The notes beneath the pieces were generated by a model. The model ran no database searches. It had not been told where the DNA came from and was given only the letters and a program-made list of their open reading frames with translations. From contig NC_010628.1 in the NCBI RefSeq assembly GCF_000020025.1, positions 5,520,001 to 5,552,000 on the forward strand: DNA of 32,000 nucleotides, read 5' to 3'. Origin of the DNA: Nostoc punctiforme PCC 73102 (GTDB lineage Bacteria; Cyanobacteriota; Cyanobacteriia; Cyanobacteriales; Nostocaceae). This document shows, in pieces, positions 8,835 through 16,150 of this stretch. The translations under genes were made by a program, and so were the position numbers. Each line of letters starts with the position of its first letter. The stretch's first letter is position 1.

Positions 8835-9018
8835 AAAAGGCTACGGTGTAAACACAAGTAAGATCCAGAAAGCCCTCATGTAGAGACGCGATTTATCGCG
8901 TCTGAAAGACTGACATGTTAGAAAGACGCGATAAATCGCCGTCTCTACAAAGAATGTACTCCTCAATTATTCCTTGACAAACTACTATTTCCAACTTGTG
9001 TGTACACTGTAGCCTTTT
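8835..9018. mobile_element. MITE-like non-autonomous element with 25-bp terminal inverted repeats and an internal Nostoc hairpin-repeat pair
   Basis: The left end aaaaggctacggtgtaaacacaagt (8835..8859) matches the reverse complement of the right end (8994..9018) at 23/25 positions. Inside are two hairpin units, gtagagacgcgatttatcgcgtct (8880..8903) and agacgcgataaatcgccgtctctac (8924..8948). There is no ORF. Confidence 0.6.
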
Positions 9019-9074
9019 AGAAGATAGGTTAAAATTTATTGCACCCAAACGAGAAGCTCTATAGTACTCAACTA

Positions 9075-9108
9075 ATTACGTTAGCGTAGCGGGGCGTAGC
9101 CCATTACG
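9075..9108. repeat. 22-nt GC-rich small dispersed repeat flanked by ATTACG direct repeats
   Basis: attacg | ttagcgtagcggggcgtagccc | attacg, lying immediately 3' of the DUF1499 gene stop codon. Confidence 0.55.
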
Positions 9109-9110
9109 AA

Positions 9111-9563
9111 TTATTTCAACTTGGCTCTAATCGTCTCTATTCGTTGACGATTAACACCCAAATCGCTTTGACCTAAGCGTGAAGCGGAACGAACTTGGAT
9201 CGTATTGGCATTTCGGTCTAGATAAAACTCTACATCATCTACAAATCCGAGTAAAGCACTTTTAAATTCTGCATATAAATAATCTTGGCTTTCGGTAATG
9301 ATTTTGGTTCTTGGTAAGGACAGAATAATCTCTTTAAGATTAGCGTAGGCGAAGCCCGCCGCAGGCATCGCTTCTTGTGGGCTAGATGTAAAAGTCAATG
9401 GTGCAATTTTGTGGGCTGCATCTGCACTCTGACTGGAAACACAGTTAGGAGAGTTAGGGCAGGATGCTAATTTACCGTTGCTAACACCTAAATTATTCGG
9501 TCGTTTGCCAGCAAAAACCATAATTACGTCTCCAGGTAAGTAAAGAACTATACTCTCACACAT
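9111..9563 (-). CDS. DUF1499-family protein
   Basis: 150-aa ORF. GKRPNNLGVSNGKLASCPNSPNCVSSQ is the hallmark N-terminal motif as I recall it. The start may instead be the internal Met at 9521 (MVFAGKRPNN). Confidence 0.6.
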   Translation of the reverse strand: MCESIVLYLPGDVIMVFAGKRPNNLGVSNGKLASCPNSPNCVSSQSADAAHKIAPLTFTSSPQEAMPAAGFAYANLKEIILSLPRTKIITESQDYLYAEFKSALLGFVDDVEFYLDRNANTIQVRSASRLGQSDLGVNRQRIETIRAKLK

Positions 9564-9685
9564 TTACTTGAACCACTGTAATGCTTTGCGGCGATCGCAT
9601 CTTCTGGCAAATGACAGATTCCTTAAAACATCAGTGATGCGTTCGCTCTATGATCCGGTAAGTATCGTCTAGGCGAAGACAGATT

Positions 9686-10834
9686 ATGACGCAAACAATT
9701 TCAATCAACGACTCTGGGCGTTTGCAACTCACACCGCTAGAAATCCCATCCCGCCTACTGTTAGGGCCTGGGCCATCCAATGCCCATCCCACAGTTCTCC
9801 AAGCGATGAATACCTCACCCGTTGGGCATCTTGACCCAGCTTTTCTCGCCCTCATGGATGAAATTCAGTCGTTGCTACGCTACGTATGGCAAACAGAAAA
9901 CCCACTCACCATTGCAGTCAGTGGTACGGGAACAGCCGCAATGGAAGCAACGATCGCTAATGCTGTTGAACCTGGTGATATAGTTTTGATTGGTGTGGCT
10001 GGTTACTTTGGTAATCGCCTCGTAGATATGGCTGGACGTTATGGTGCTGATGTCCGAAGCATTACCAAGCCTTGGGGACAAGTCTTCAATCTAGATGAAC
10101 TCAAAACAGCTCTAGAAACTCATCGTCCGGCTATTTTGGCTCTAGTTCATGCCGAAACTTCCACCGGCGCACGGCAACCATTAGAAGGAGTTGCTGATTT
10201 GTGCCGTGAATTTGGCACTTTGCTGCTGGTGGATACTGTAACCAGTTTGGGTGGTGTTCCCTTATTTTTGGATGCTTGGGGAGTTGACTTAGCTTATAGT
10301 TGTAGCCAAAAAGGGTTAAGTTGTCCGCCTGGTGCTTCGCCTTTGACGATGAGTGCGCGTGCAGTTGAGAAATTGCAACAGCGCCAAAGTAAGGTTGCAA
10401 ACTGGTATTTGGATATGTTGTTACTGGGTAAGTATTGGGGCGCTGAACGCACCTATCACCATACAGCACCGATTAATTTATATTATGCCTTGCGGGAAGC
10501 ATTACGTTTGCTTGCAGAAGAGGGATTAGCAAACTCCTGGCAGAGGCATCAAAAAAACGTAGAGTATCTCTGGGAAGGGTTAGAGAATTTAGGACTGAGT
10601 ATGCACGTTGAGCAGGAGTATAGACTACCAACACTTACTACCGTCCGCATTCCAGCAGGAGTAGATGGGAAAGCGATCGCACGGCAGTTACTCAATGAAC
10701 ATAATATTGAAATTGGCGGTGGTCTTGGCGAACTAGCAGGTCTTGTCTGGCGCGTGGGATTGATGGGCTTTAATAGTCGAAAGGAAAGTGTTGACCAACT
10801 TTTAGCAGCACTGCGGCAGGTTTTGCCTAAGTAG
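9686..10834 (+). CDS. Class-V PLP aminotransferase (alanine-glyoxylate / serine-pyruvate aminotransferase type)
   Basis: 382-aa ORF with LLGPGPSNAHPTVLQAM, SGTGTAAMEA, HAETSTG, DTVTSLGG and SCSQKGL (PLP-binding Lys). Confidence 0.85.
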   Translation: MTQTISINDSGRLQLTPLEIPSRLLLGPGPSNAHPTVLQAMNTSPVGHLDPAFLALMDEIQSLLRYVWQTENPLTIAVSGTGTAAMEATIANAVEPGDIVLIGVAGYFGNRLVDMAGRYGADVRSITKPWGQVFNLDELKTALETHRPAILALVHAETSTGARQPLEGVADLCREFGTLLLVDTVTSLGGVPLFLDAWGVDLAYSCSQKGLSCPPGASPLTMSARAVEKLQQRQSKVANWYLDMLLLGKYWGAERTYHHTAPINLYYALREALRLLAEEGLANSWQRHQKNVEYLWEGLENLGLSMHVEQEYRLPTLTTVRIPAGVDGKAIARQLLNEHNIEIGGGLGELAGLVWRVGLMGFNSRKESVDQLLAALRQVLPK

Positions 10835-10849
10835 TTTCCTGTTGAAAAT

Positions 10850-10876
10850 AGTGCGTTAACAGTAGCTTAACGCACT
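10850..10876. terminator. Hairpin between convergent aminotransferase and CheY-like genes
   Basis: 10-bp stem agtgcgttaa / ttaacgcact with a 7-nt loop. On the minus strand it is followed by attttcaac; there is no T-run on the plus strand. Confidence 0.4.
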
Positions 10877-10895
10877 TGATCGGGCACTACAATTA

Positions 10896-11300
10896 TTACC
10901 AATTACAAGAAGCAACCAAGTTAGCTACTATCTCAACTAGTTCGTCTGGATCAATTGGTTTAGATACATGAGTGTCAAAGCCGCCTTCCAAGGCACGGAT
11001 ACGAGCCTCAGGATCGGCATAAGCTGTTAAAGCAATAGCTGGGACTCGTCCACAATTATTCGATTTGAGCGCACGGAATTTACGGATGAAAGTGTAGCCA
11101 TCCTCCCCAGGCAACCCAATATCAGAAATTAAAACATCGGGCTGTAATTCGGACAATACCTTGTGCGCCGCATCCGCTGATATTACTGGTATAACTCTTG
11201 CTCCATCCATTTCCAACACAGTAGTGATGAAAAAGCGAGTATCATTATCATCCTCAATTACCAGAATATCTAAACCAGCAAGAGTTCCAGAAGGTTCCAT
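10896..11300 (-). CDS. Single-domain CheY-like response regulator
   Basis: 134-aa ORF with canonical receiver residues: ILVIEDDND, DVLISDIGLPGEDG, IALTAY, HVSKP. Confidence 0.85.
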   Translation of the reverse strand: MEPSGTLAGLDILVIEDDNDTRFFITTVLEMDGARVIPVISADAAHKVLSELQPDVLISDIGLPGEDGYTFIRKFRALKSNNCGRVPAIALTAYADPEARIRALEGGFDTHVSKPIDPDELVEIVANLVASCNW

Positions 11301-11411
11301 AAATGAAATTTTATCGTAAATTAAGGGTTTAAATCCCCATTTTGAAAATGTCTTTATGGTCTTTCCTACATGGCTTGAAAAGTCAGATACCTATCCCTAA
11401 AATAATTAATC

Positions 11412-11434
11412 ATTCGTAATTACAAATTACGAAT
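11412..11434 (-). terminator. AT-rich hairpin just 3' of the lipoprotein gene (weak terminator candidate built from ATTACG/CGTAAT units)
   Basis: attcgtaatt-aca-aattacgaat forms a 10-bp stem, followed on the minus strand by gattaattatttt. Confidence 0.3.
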
Positions 11435-11448
11435 TGTTAACTAACTCC

Positions 11449-12876
11449 TCACTTGTCTAAAGTTCTTACACTCAGTACTTGGGGTGGTGTCGAATCTGGC
11501 GGATAAATCACATCTACCAGTACTATCCGTTTAGTGGAAGGTGGAAGTATAACTTGTACCAATGGTTCTAACACCTGACCAGTTCTGTGCCATAGATGTA
11601 CGTAGCGGGTCTTGTGTTGACCTTGGTCATCGAAGTAACGCAGCCGCACCGTACCACGGAAGAAGGGAAAATCTAAGGATGGTTTGCGGAAACGTACACC
11701 ACCTTGGGATAATTTATCTTCCTTCAAAGGTGTTTCTAAAGTAACGGTAACGGTCTGATTTTGGTTGGTATTGTTGCTTAAAGGTAAGGTGAGTTTATAT
11801 TCCACCCCATAATTACCATGTGCTTCATAAGCCGTATCTGGATAACGTACCAGCATTTTAGCAGTTTGGATTTGTTGAGTGCCTAATCGACCACTCCGCA
11901 ATGTGTCTAAAACATAAGAAATAGCTTTGCCACGCTGGGGAATAGTCAGATTGGTTTGGGGATTATCCACCAATTTTGCTTGCCACTGGGAACCTTGTGA
12001 CACACCAGCTACACGCCCATAAATCAGTGCGCCACTGGTAGCATTTGGAGGAGTCGGGGTTTTATCTCGCGGGCCGGCAAAGTTCCCGTTATCTAGTAAA
12101 GCTTGCCATTCTCCAAGAGTGGGTGGGCGTTCTGTATTATCAGAATTTTTCTTGGCAAACATTGCTAAACTTGCTGCATAAACTCGATCGCTACTACGCA
12201 ACCGCATAAAGCTAGAGCGACCATTCACAGGCTTTTCTAGATTTCGTACAGGAATCGGATGATTTAGTAACATCCGGCTTAGCCCTGGCGGAATTATCAG
12301 CTTTGCGGGGAAATCAGCTTGTCGAACACCCCGGAGTACATCACCAACAGCGCGATCGCCTGGCCCGGAGTAAGCTTTACCATCGTTATTTTCTATGTAG
12401 GGGCGTAAGGTAACAAAAGGCGCATCTTGCATCAAGTAACTCGCCGCTTGTAACACATCCACTGTTACAGGTTTTTTGCCAGGGTTATGCAGAATTACAC
12501 CCAGGTATAGCGTTTGTAAATCCTTGGGAGTGTGCGTGTAGTGGTGAGCAAATAAGTCAAAGCGCCCCTTGAAGGGAAAATTCAGGTGCGCTGCTGCAAC
12601 TTTTTTACCATTTGTAGGAAGGGTAGAAAGTAAAATTCCCTCGGTTTTGATCCATTCTGGGCTATTGCTGTTAAAAACAGGCGTTGTATCCAACTTACCT
12701 GGTAGAGCCAGAATTTCTCCTGGTTGCACGATTTCTTGGGGTGCTAGCTGAGGTGTTTGAGCGATCGCTGAATTCTTTTTATCTAGCGTGCATCCAAAGG
12801 TTTGAGTTATGGCAAGTCCTAATAGAAGTGTAAATACAGGTAGTGGTAATTTAGCCAGCATAAATTTGCGCGTCAA
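11449..12876 (-). CDS. Predicted lipoprotein of unknown function (possibly the cyanobacterial DUF3370 family)
   Basis: 475-aa ORF with an N-terminal signal peptide and lipobox-like LAITQTFGC. It has no catalytic motif I recognise. The DUF assignment is from memory only. Confidence 0.65.
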   Translation of the reverse strand: MTRKFMLAKLPLPVFTLLLGLAITQTFGCTLDKKNSAIAQTPQLAPQEIVQPGEILALPGKLDTTPVFNSNSPEWIKTEGILLSTLPTNGKKVAAAHLNFPFKGRFDLFAHHYTHTPKDLQTLYLGVILHNPGKKPVTVDVLQAASYLMQDAPFVTLRPYIENNDGKAYSGPGDRAVGDVLRGVRQADFPAKLIIPPGLSRMLLNHPIPVRNLEKPVNGRSSFMRLRSSDRVYAASLAMFAKKNSDNTERPPTLGEWQALLDNGNFAGPRDKTPTPPNATSGALIYGRVAGVSQGSQWQAKLVDNPQTNLTIPQRGKAISYVLDTLRSGRLGTQQIQTAKMLVRYPDTAYEAHGNYGVEYKLTLPLSNNTNQNQTVTVTLETPLKEDKLSQGGVRFRKPSLDFPFFRGTVRLRYFDDQGQHKTRYVHLWHRTGQVLEPLVQVILPPSTKRIVLVDVIYPPDSTPPQVLSVRTLDK

Positions 12877-12941
12877 TCACGCTGTAGTGTCAAATATAAC
12901 AAGTTATTATTACAAGTTTCTAGAAACGGATTTCTGAAAAT

Positions 12942-13092
12942 GCGTAGTATAGCCCGCACTTCGGCTGCGCTCAGTGACCACCGCAGGCATCGCTATGTAT
13001 ATAGCAAAACAGTTCAGTTAAAGCATTTCTTTATTCTCTCAGTGCCCTCTGCGTCTCTGTAGTAGCCTGCGGCAAGCCGCCCCGCGTCTACG
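12942..13092. repeat. Cluster of GC-rich small dispersed repeats
   Basis: The first block is gcgtagtatagcccgcacttcggctgcgctcagtgaccaccgcaggcatcgc. The second is agtgccctctgcgtctctgtagtagcctgcggcaagccgccccgcgtctacg followed by an A-run. The cluster shares GCGATGCCTGCGG with 9356..9371 and 23379..23394. Confidence 0.6.
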
Positions 13093-13144
13093 TAAAAAAA
13101 AATTGACTAAAATAAAACTGTTGTATCTAGTATTCCTCACTAGC

Positions 13145-13255
13145 TCACTGCGAGAAAAAACCAACAAACAGTAGAGGCAAAAGTATTAGTAGGGACACAA
13201 TTAATACGAGGGTTGCCGGCTCGATTTTAATCTGGTTCTTTTGTGGATCGCGCAT
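13145..13255 (-). CDS. Tentative 36-aa single-pass membrane micro-protein
   Basis: My own translation is MRDPQKNQIKIEPATLVLIVSLLILLPLLFVGFFSQ: a polar head plus one hydrophobic helix. gagag lies 9 nt upstream of the ATG. It is below the ORF-track threshold. Confidence 0.25.
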   Translation of the reverse strand: MRDPQKNQIKIEPATLVLIVSLLILLPLLFVGFFSQ

Positions 13256-13372
13256 TTGGCTTGCTCTCGAAAAATAAGTATATTAACTCAGCCTAAAGGA
13301 TGTTTATTCCTTTTTCCAAGCCCAATCAGGTTGAAAAATGTAACTTTTTAGTAACTTTATCGCCCCATCAGC

Positions 13373-13480
13373 TTATTTCTTCCAAGGTAGTTTAGTTCCC
13401 ATTTCAGTCAATGCAGAAAAGATGAGATAGAGGACGAGTAACCCAGCACCCGCAAAGAAAGCCAGTAAATCGTTATCCAT
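13373..13480 (-). CDS. Tentative 35-aa single-pass membrane micro-protein
   Basis: My own translation is MDNDLLAFFAGAGLLVLYLIFSALTEMGTKLPWKK: one helix plus a basic tail. It starts 42 nt after the stop of the 475-aa membrane protein gene. There is no clear SD, and a 7-bp hairpin (ttcgcta-tgat-tagcgaa) lies between them. Confidence 0.3.
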   Translation of the reverse strand: MDNDLLAFFAGAGLLVLYLIFSALTEMGTKLPWKK

Positions 13481-13522
13481 AAATGCTGTTTGCTAAAACT
13501 TCGCTAATCATAGCGAAATCTA

Positions 13523-14950
13523 CTAATCTTTAGCATTTTTCTGAGCCTGCAATCTTTGGTCTTGTGGATGCAAACTGTACCAGCCATACCAGTGACGAAC
13601 TGCTAGCCAAACGGCTGAAAGTAAACCCGCTAGGCTGAGGGTGAGGCCGCTAAATGGTACTAATAATCCAAAAATTGGTAATACTGCTCCAGCAATAGTG
13701 CAGATAATAGCAGCCAGGGAAGCACTGCGACTGGCTCCCAATCCCCATGTCAAAAACAGTAAGATGATGGAAATTAACGTCCAAGCCAACTGAGCATTGA
13801 TGACACGAGCCAGATAGGTCAAAATTAATAGACAAGCAAAGAAAATACTAGCAGCGATCGCAACATTTTTGAAACTCATTGGTAGTGATAAATATAACAA
13901 CAACATCCACCACACAAATATTGCTGGTGCTAGCAATAAAAGACGCGGAATTACCCCCGTATGACGAATCGGTTCGGTGTTGGTAAACACTCCAAATGGA
14001 TTTTTGACTGAAACATTCTCGTCAAATTTCCAAGTAAATTGCGTACTGCGTCCGTCAGATTTAATATCGTCAGGTTCAATACCACTGGCAAAATTAGCCG
14101 GAGCAAAGTTAGCAATTGCTATGAGGCGGAAGTTAGATAGGATTTGTCCCCCTGCACTATAAACCCAGCGAGGCCCGCCTCTAGCTTGATAGGTGACTCG
14201 AAAGGTAGTTTCTTCTCCTGGTTGCAGCCGGAAGGGAAAACCATAGTCTTCTGGATTGATTTGTTGCAATCTTGTCCCGTCACGCTCGATTTTGTAGCTA
14301 GAAAGCAGTGTGTAGCCGTTAGGTGGCGGTGCTTCAAAGAAAAAATTATTAATATCCTTGAGTTTATTAACTACTTTATAATCGGCAGTATAATCTGCCC
14401 GATAAATTGAGCTACGCCCTGGAATATCTACGTTTTGGTCAAGCTTGACTTGAATTTGCGAACCAGCCAAGCTCAAGAAGCGGTTAATTTGTCTTGTCTC
14501 ATTTACCTTGACTATTTTGTTGCCAACTTGAGTGTTATATGAGTATGGCTCTTGAATAGAGTAGCGGACTTGGGGGGCAAGTTGTTCGAGCTTTTCACCT
14601 GCAACACTTTCAGCCACTTGAGCTACCTTTGCTTGTTCCCAATAGTGGTAGCGATTGCTTAAAGTTGAACAGAGAAAAAATCCTGGTACTAAGAGAACTA
14701 ATACTAGAGTTAAATGCTGTAATCCACGCAATAGTTGAGAATAGCCAACAGCCCATTCACCGATAAATATAAGCTGTTCCGGCTGGCTGCGACGGAGAGA
14801 AAAACTTATCAGTGCGATCGCAACTCCTAAAGCTACGATCAAAAATACTAATAACAGTGAAGCTTTGAGCGCCTGGGTTCCAAATTGAACAAGCTCAATC
14901 GGATGCGTCAAATCAGGTAATCCGGGAATACCTTGAGCAGAAGATGACAT
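13523..14950 (-). CDS. Polytopic membrane protein of unknown function
   Basis: 475-aa ORF with 2 N-terminal hydrophobic helices, a soluble region of about 250 aa and 4-5 C-terminal helices. The layout is loosely reminiscent of CreD-type envelope proteins, but I cannot verify homology. Confidence 0.7.
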   Translation of the reverse strand: MSSSAQGIPGLPDLTHPIELVQFGTQALKASLLLVFLIVALGVAIALISFSLRRSQPEQLIFIGEWAVGYSQLLRGLQHLTLVLVLLVPGFFLCSTLSNRYHYWEQAKVAQVAESVAGEKLEQLAPQVRYSIQEPYSYNTQVGNKIVKVNETRQINRFLSLAGSQIQVKLDQNVDIPGRSSIYRADYTADYKVVNKLKDINNFFFEAPPPNGYTLLSSYKIERDGTRLQQINPEDYGFPFRLQPGEETTFRVTYQARGGPRWVYSAGGQILSNFRLIAIANFAPANFASGIEPDDIKSDGRSTQFTWKFDENVSVKNPFGVFTNTEPIRHTGVIPRLLLLAPAIFVWWMLLLYLSLPMSFKNVAIAASIFFACLLILTYLARVINAQLAWTLISIILLFLTWGLGASRSASLAAIICTIAGAVLPIFGLLVPFSGLTLSLAGLLSAVWLAVRHWYGWYSLHPQDQRLQAQKNAKD

Positions 14951-15205
14951 TGGCTAAATTTTTGCAGAATTTGGAGAACCAGACCGATCAATTCGCTTAA
15001 AAGTTTCTGAATAATAGTTTTATTTAATACGCAGATATTTTCAAGAAGTACTGCTGAATTGCTCAATGGCAACTGAGAACTTACACAAAAATCTCTCAAA
15101 TTCTTATTTATCTGTGTTCTCCGTAGCTCTGCGTTAGCCCGATGCAAGCCTTGTTGCATATAAGTTTTTCTGTTAATCATACTAAGTCTCATTAGTATCA
15201 ACATC

Positions 15206-15234
15206 AAAAACTCGGCCATCATGACCGGGTTTTT
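15206..15234. terminator. Symmetric A-run / stem / T-run hairpin (bidirectional terminator-like)
   Basis: aaaaactcgg-ccatcatga-ccgggttttt forms a 10-bp stem including one G-U pair, with T5 after the stem on both strands. Confidence 0.45.
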
Positions 15235-15532
15235 GAGTGGAAACAGAGGCTATATTGCCTAAAGGTTAGTTATAGAAGTTCAGTATAAAATCGATGCTCT
15301 GATTAGGGATACCGCTTGACTGTTATCGATTTCGGAAAATTAGCTAAAAATTTTTGAGTAGTCTTCCTTTCTCTTCCAAGCAGCAACCGACTGGAAGCGC
15401 CAGAGTGTAGGATGGAGAAATATTTATTAATTTTCCGGCTTTTGCTGATGAATAATGGATTTAGTAGCTGGCAAGAATGGTTAACAGTATTTACTTATCT
15501 AGGTTTTACAGTCTTTATTATCTGGCGCGTAT

Positions 15533-15862
15533 TTACCGCCGAGAAGAATTAAAAAAGCTGCATATCATTTCACCAGGGTCTTTTTGCTCAAAGGGTAAAC
15601 GACCTCTATCTTGCTGAACCTTGACTCGTTCCCGGCAATTGTAAACCTCGGTGGGTCTTTTTACTCCATCTACACTAACGGTTGCTCTGTATTCCCAATA
15701 GTTTTTAGCACTTCGGTTAATGCTGAGAATGCAAATCTGGTGGTGTTGGCGTAGCCCGTTGTAGAAATCGTAATTGCGGCATACAGATGCAAAAGCTGGA
15801 TGTGCTACGGATAAATTTAGTATCAATAGCAACATAAATATTCCTACTTTTATTTTATTCAT
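15533..15862 (-). CDS. Small secreted Cys-containing protein, unknown function
   Basis: 109-aa ORF with a signal-peptide-like N-terminus MNKIKVGIFMLLLILNLSVAHPAFA and 4 Cys in the mature part. Confidence 0.5.
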   Translation of the reverse strand: MNKIKVGIFMLLLILNLSVAHPAFASVCRNYDFYNGLRQHHQICILSINRSAKNYWEYRATVSVDGVKRPTEVYNCRERVKVQQDRGRLPFEQKDPGEMICSFFNSSRR

Positions 15863-15992
15863 AAAAAATTATTTAACATTCGGAACTCCGTAAAATAAAA
15901 TACCAGCTATAGGAGAGTCCTATAGACAATTTGTATTGAGCAGAAAAGTCTCAAACTTGATGCTGTTCATGTACCATACCCTAATACCAATT

Positions 15993-16035
15993 CGTAATAT
16001 CCTGCGGGAAGCCGGACTTCGTGCGTCTACGTAAT
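15993..16035. repeat. 31-nt GC-rich small dispersed repeat flanked by CGTAAT direct repeats
   Basis: cgtaat | atcctgcgggaagccggacttcgtgcgtcta | cgtaat. CGTAAT is the reverse complement of the ATTACG flank at 9075..9108. Confidence 0.55.
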
Positions 16036-16150
16036 TGAGAAAGTCAGATTACATCTGGCTGGGTTTCCACCATTTGTATCTGTAGTCTTATTTTGGAGAA
16101 TTGATATAACAATAATTTGCAAAAAAAAGCCAGTCTTAAGGACGATAAAA

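Noticed and set aside
14908-15222. 104-aa ORF overlapping the start of the 475-aa membrane protein gene
   Set aside because: Its sequence has no recognisable features and it overlaps the better-supported gene. It also runs into the terminator-like hairpin at 15206..15234.
15412-15552. 46-codon plus-strand ORF (MEKYLLIFRLLLMNNGFSSWQEWLTVFTYLGFTVFIIWRVFTAEKN)
   Set aside because: It is hydrophobic and could be a micro-protein. However, it overlaps the 3' end of the convergent secreted-protein gene by 20 nt and has no ribosome-binding context. It remains unsupported without conservation data.
15890-15903. NtcA-like palindrome GTA-N8-TAC (gtaaaataaaatac); a second lies at 17672..17685 (gtagccatacttac)
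   Set aside because: Neither has a TAN3T -10 box at the canonical spacing of about 22 nt on either strand. The closest is taattt at 18 nt for the first site. GTA-N8-TAC is expected by chance in AT-rich intergenic DNA.
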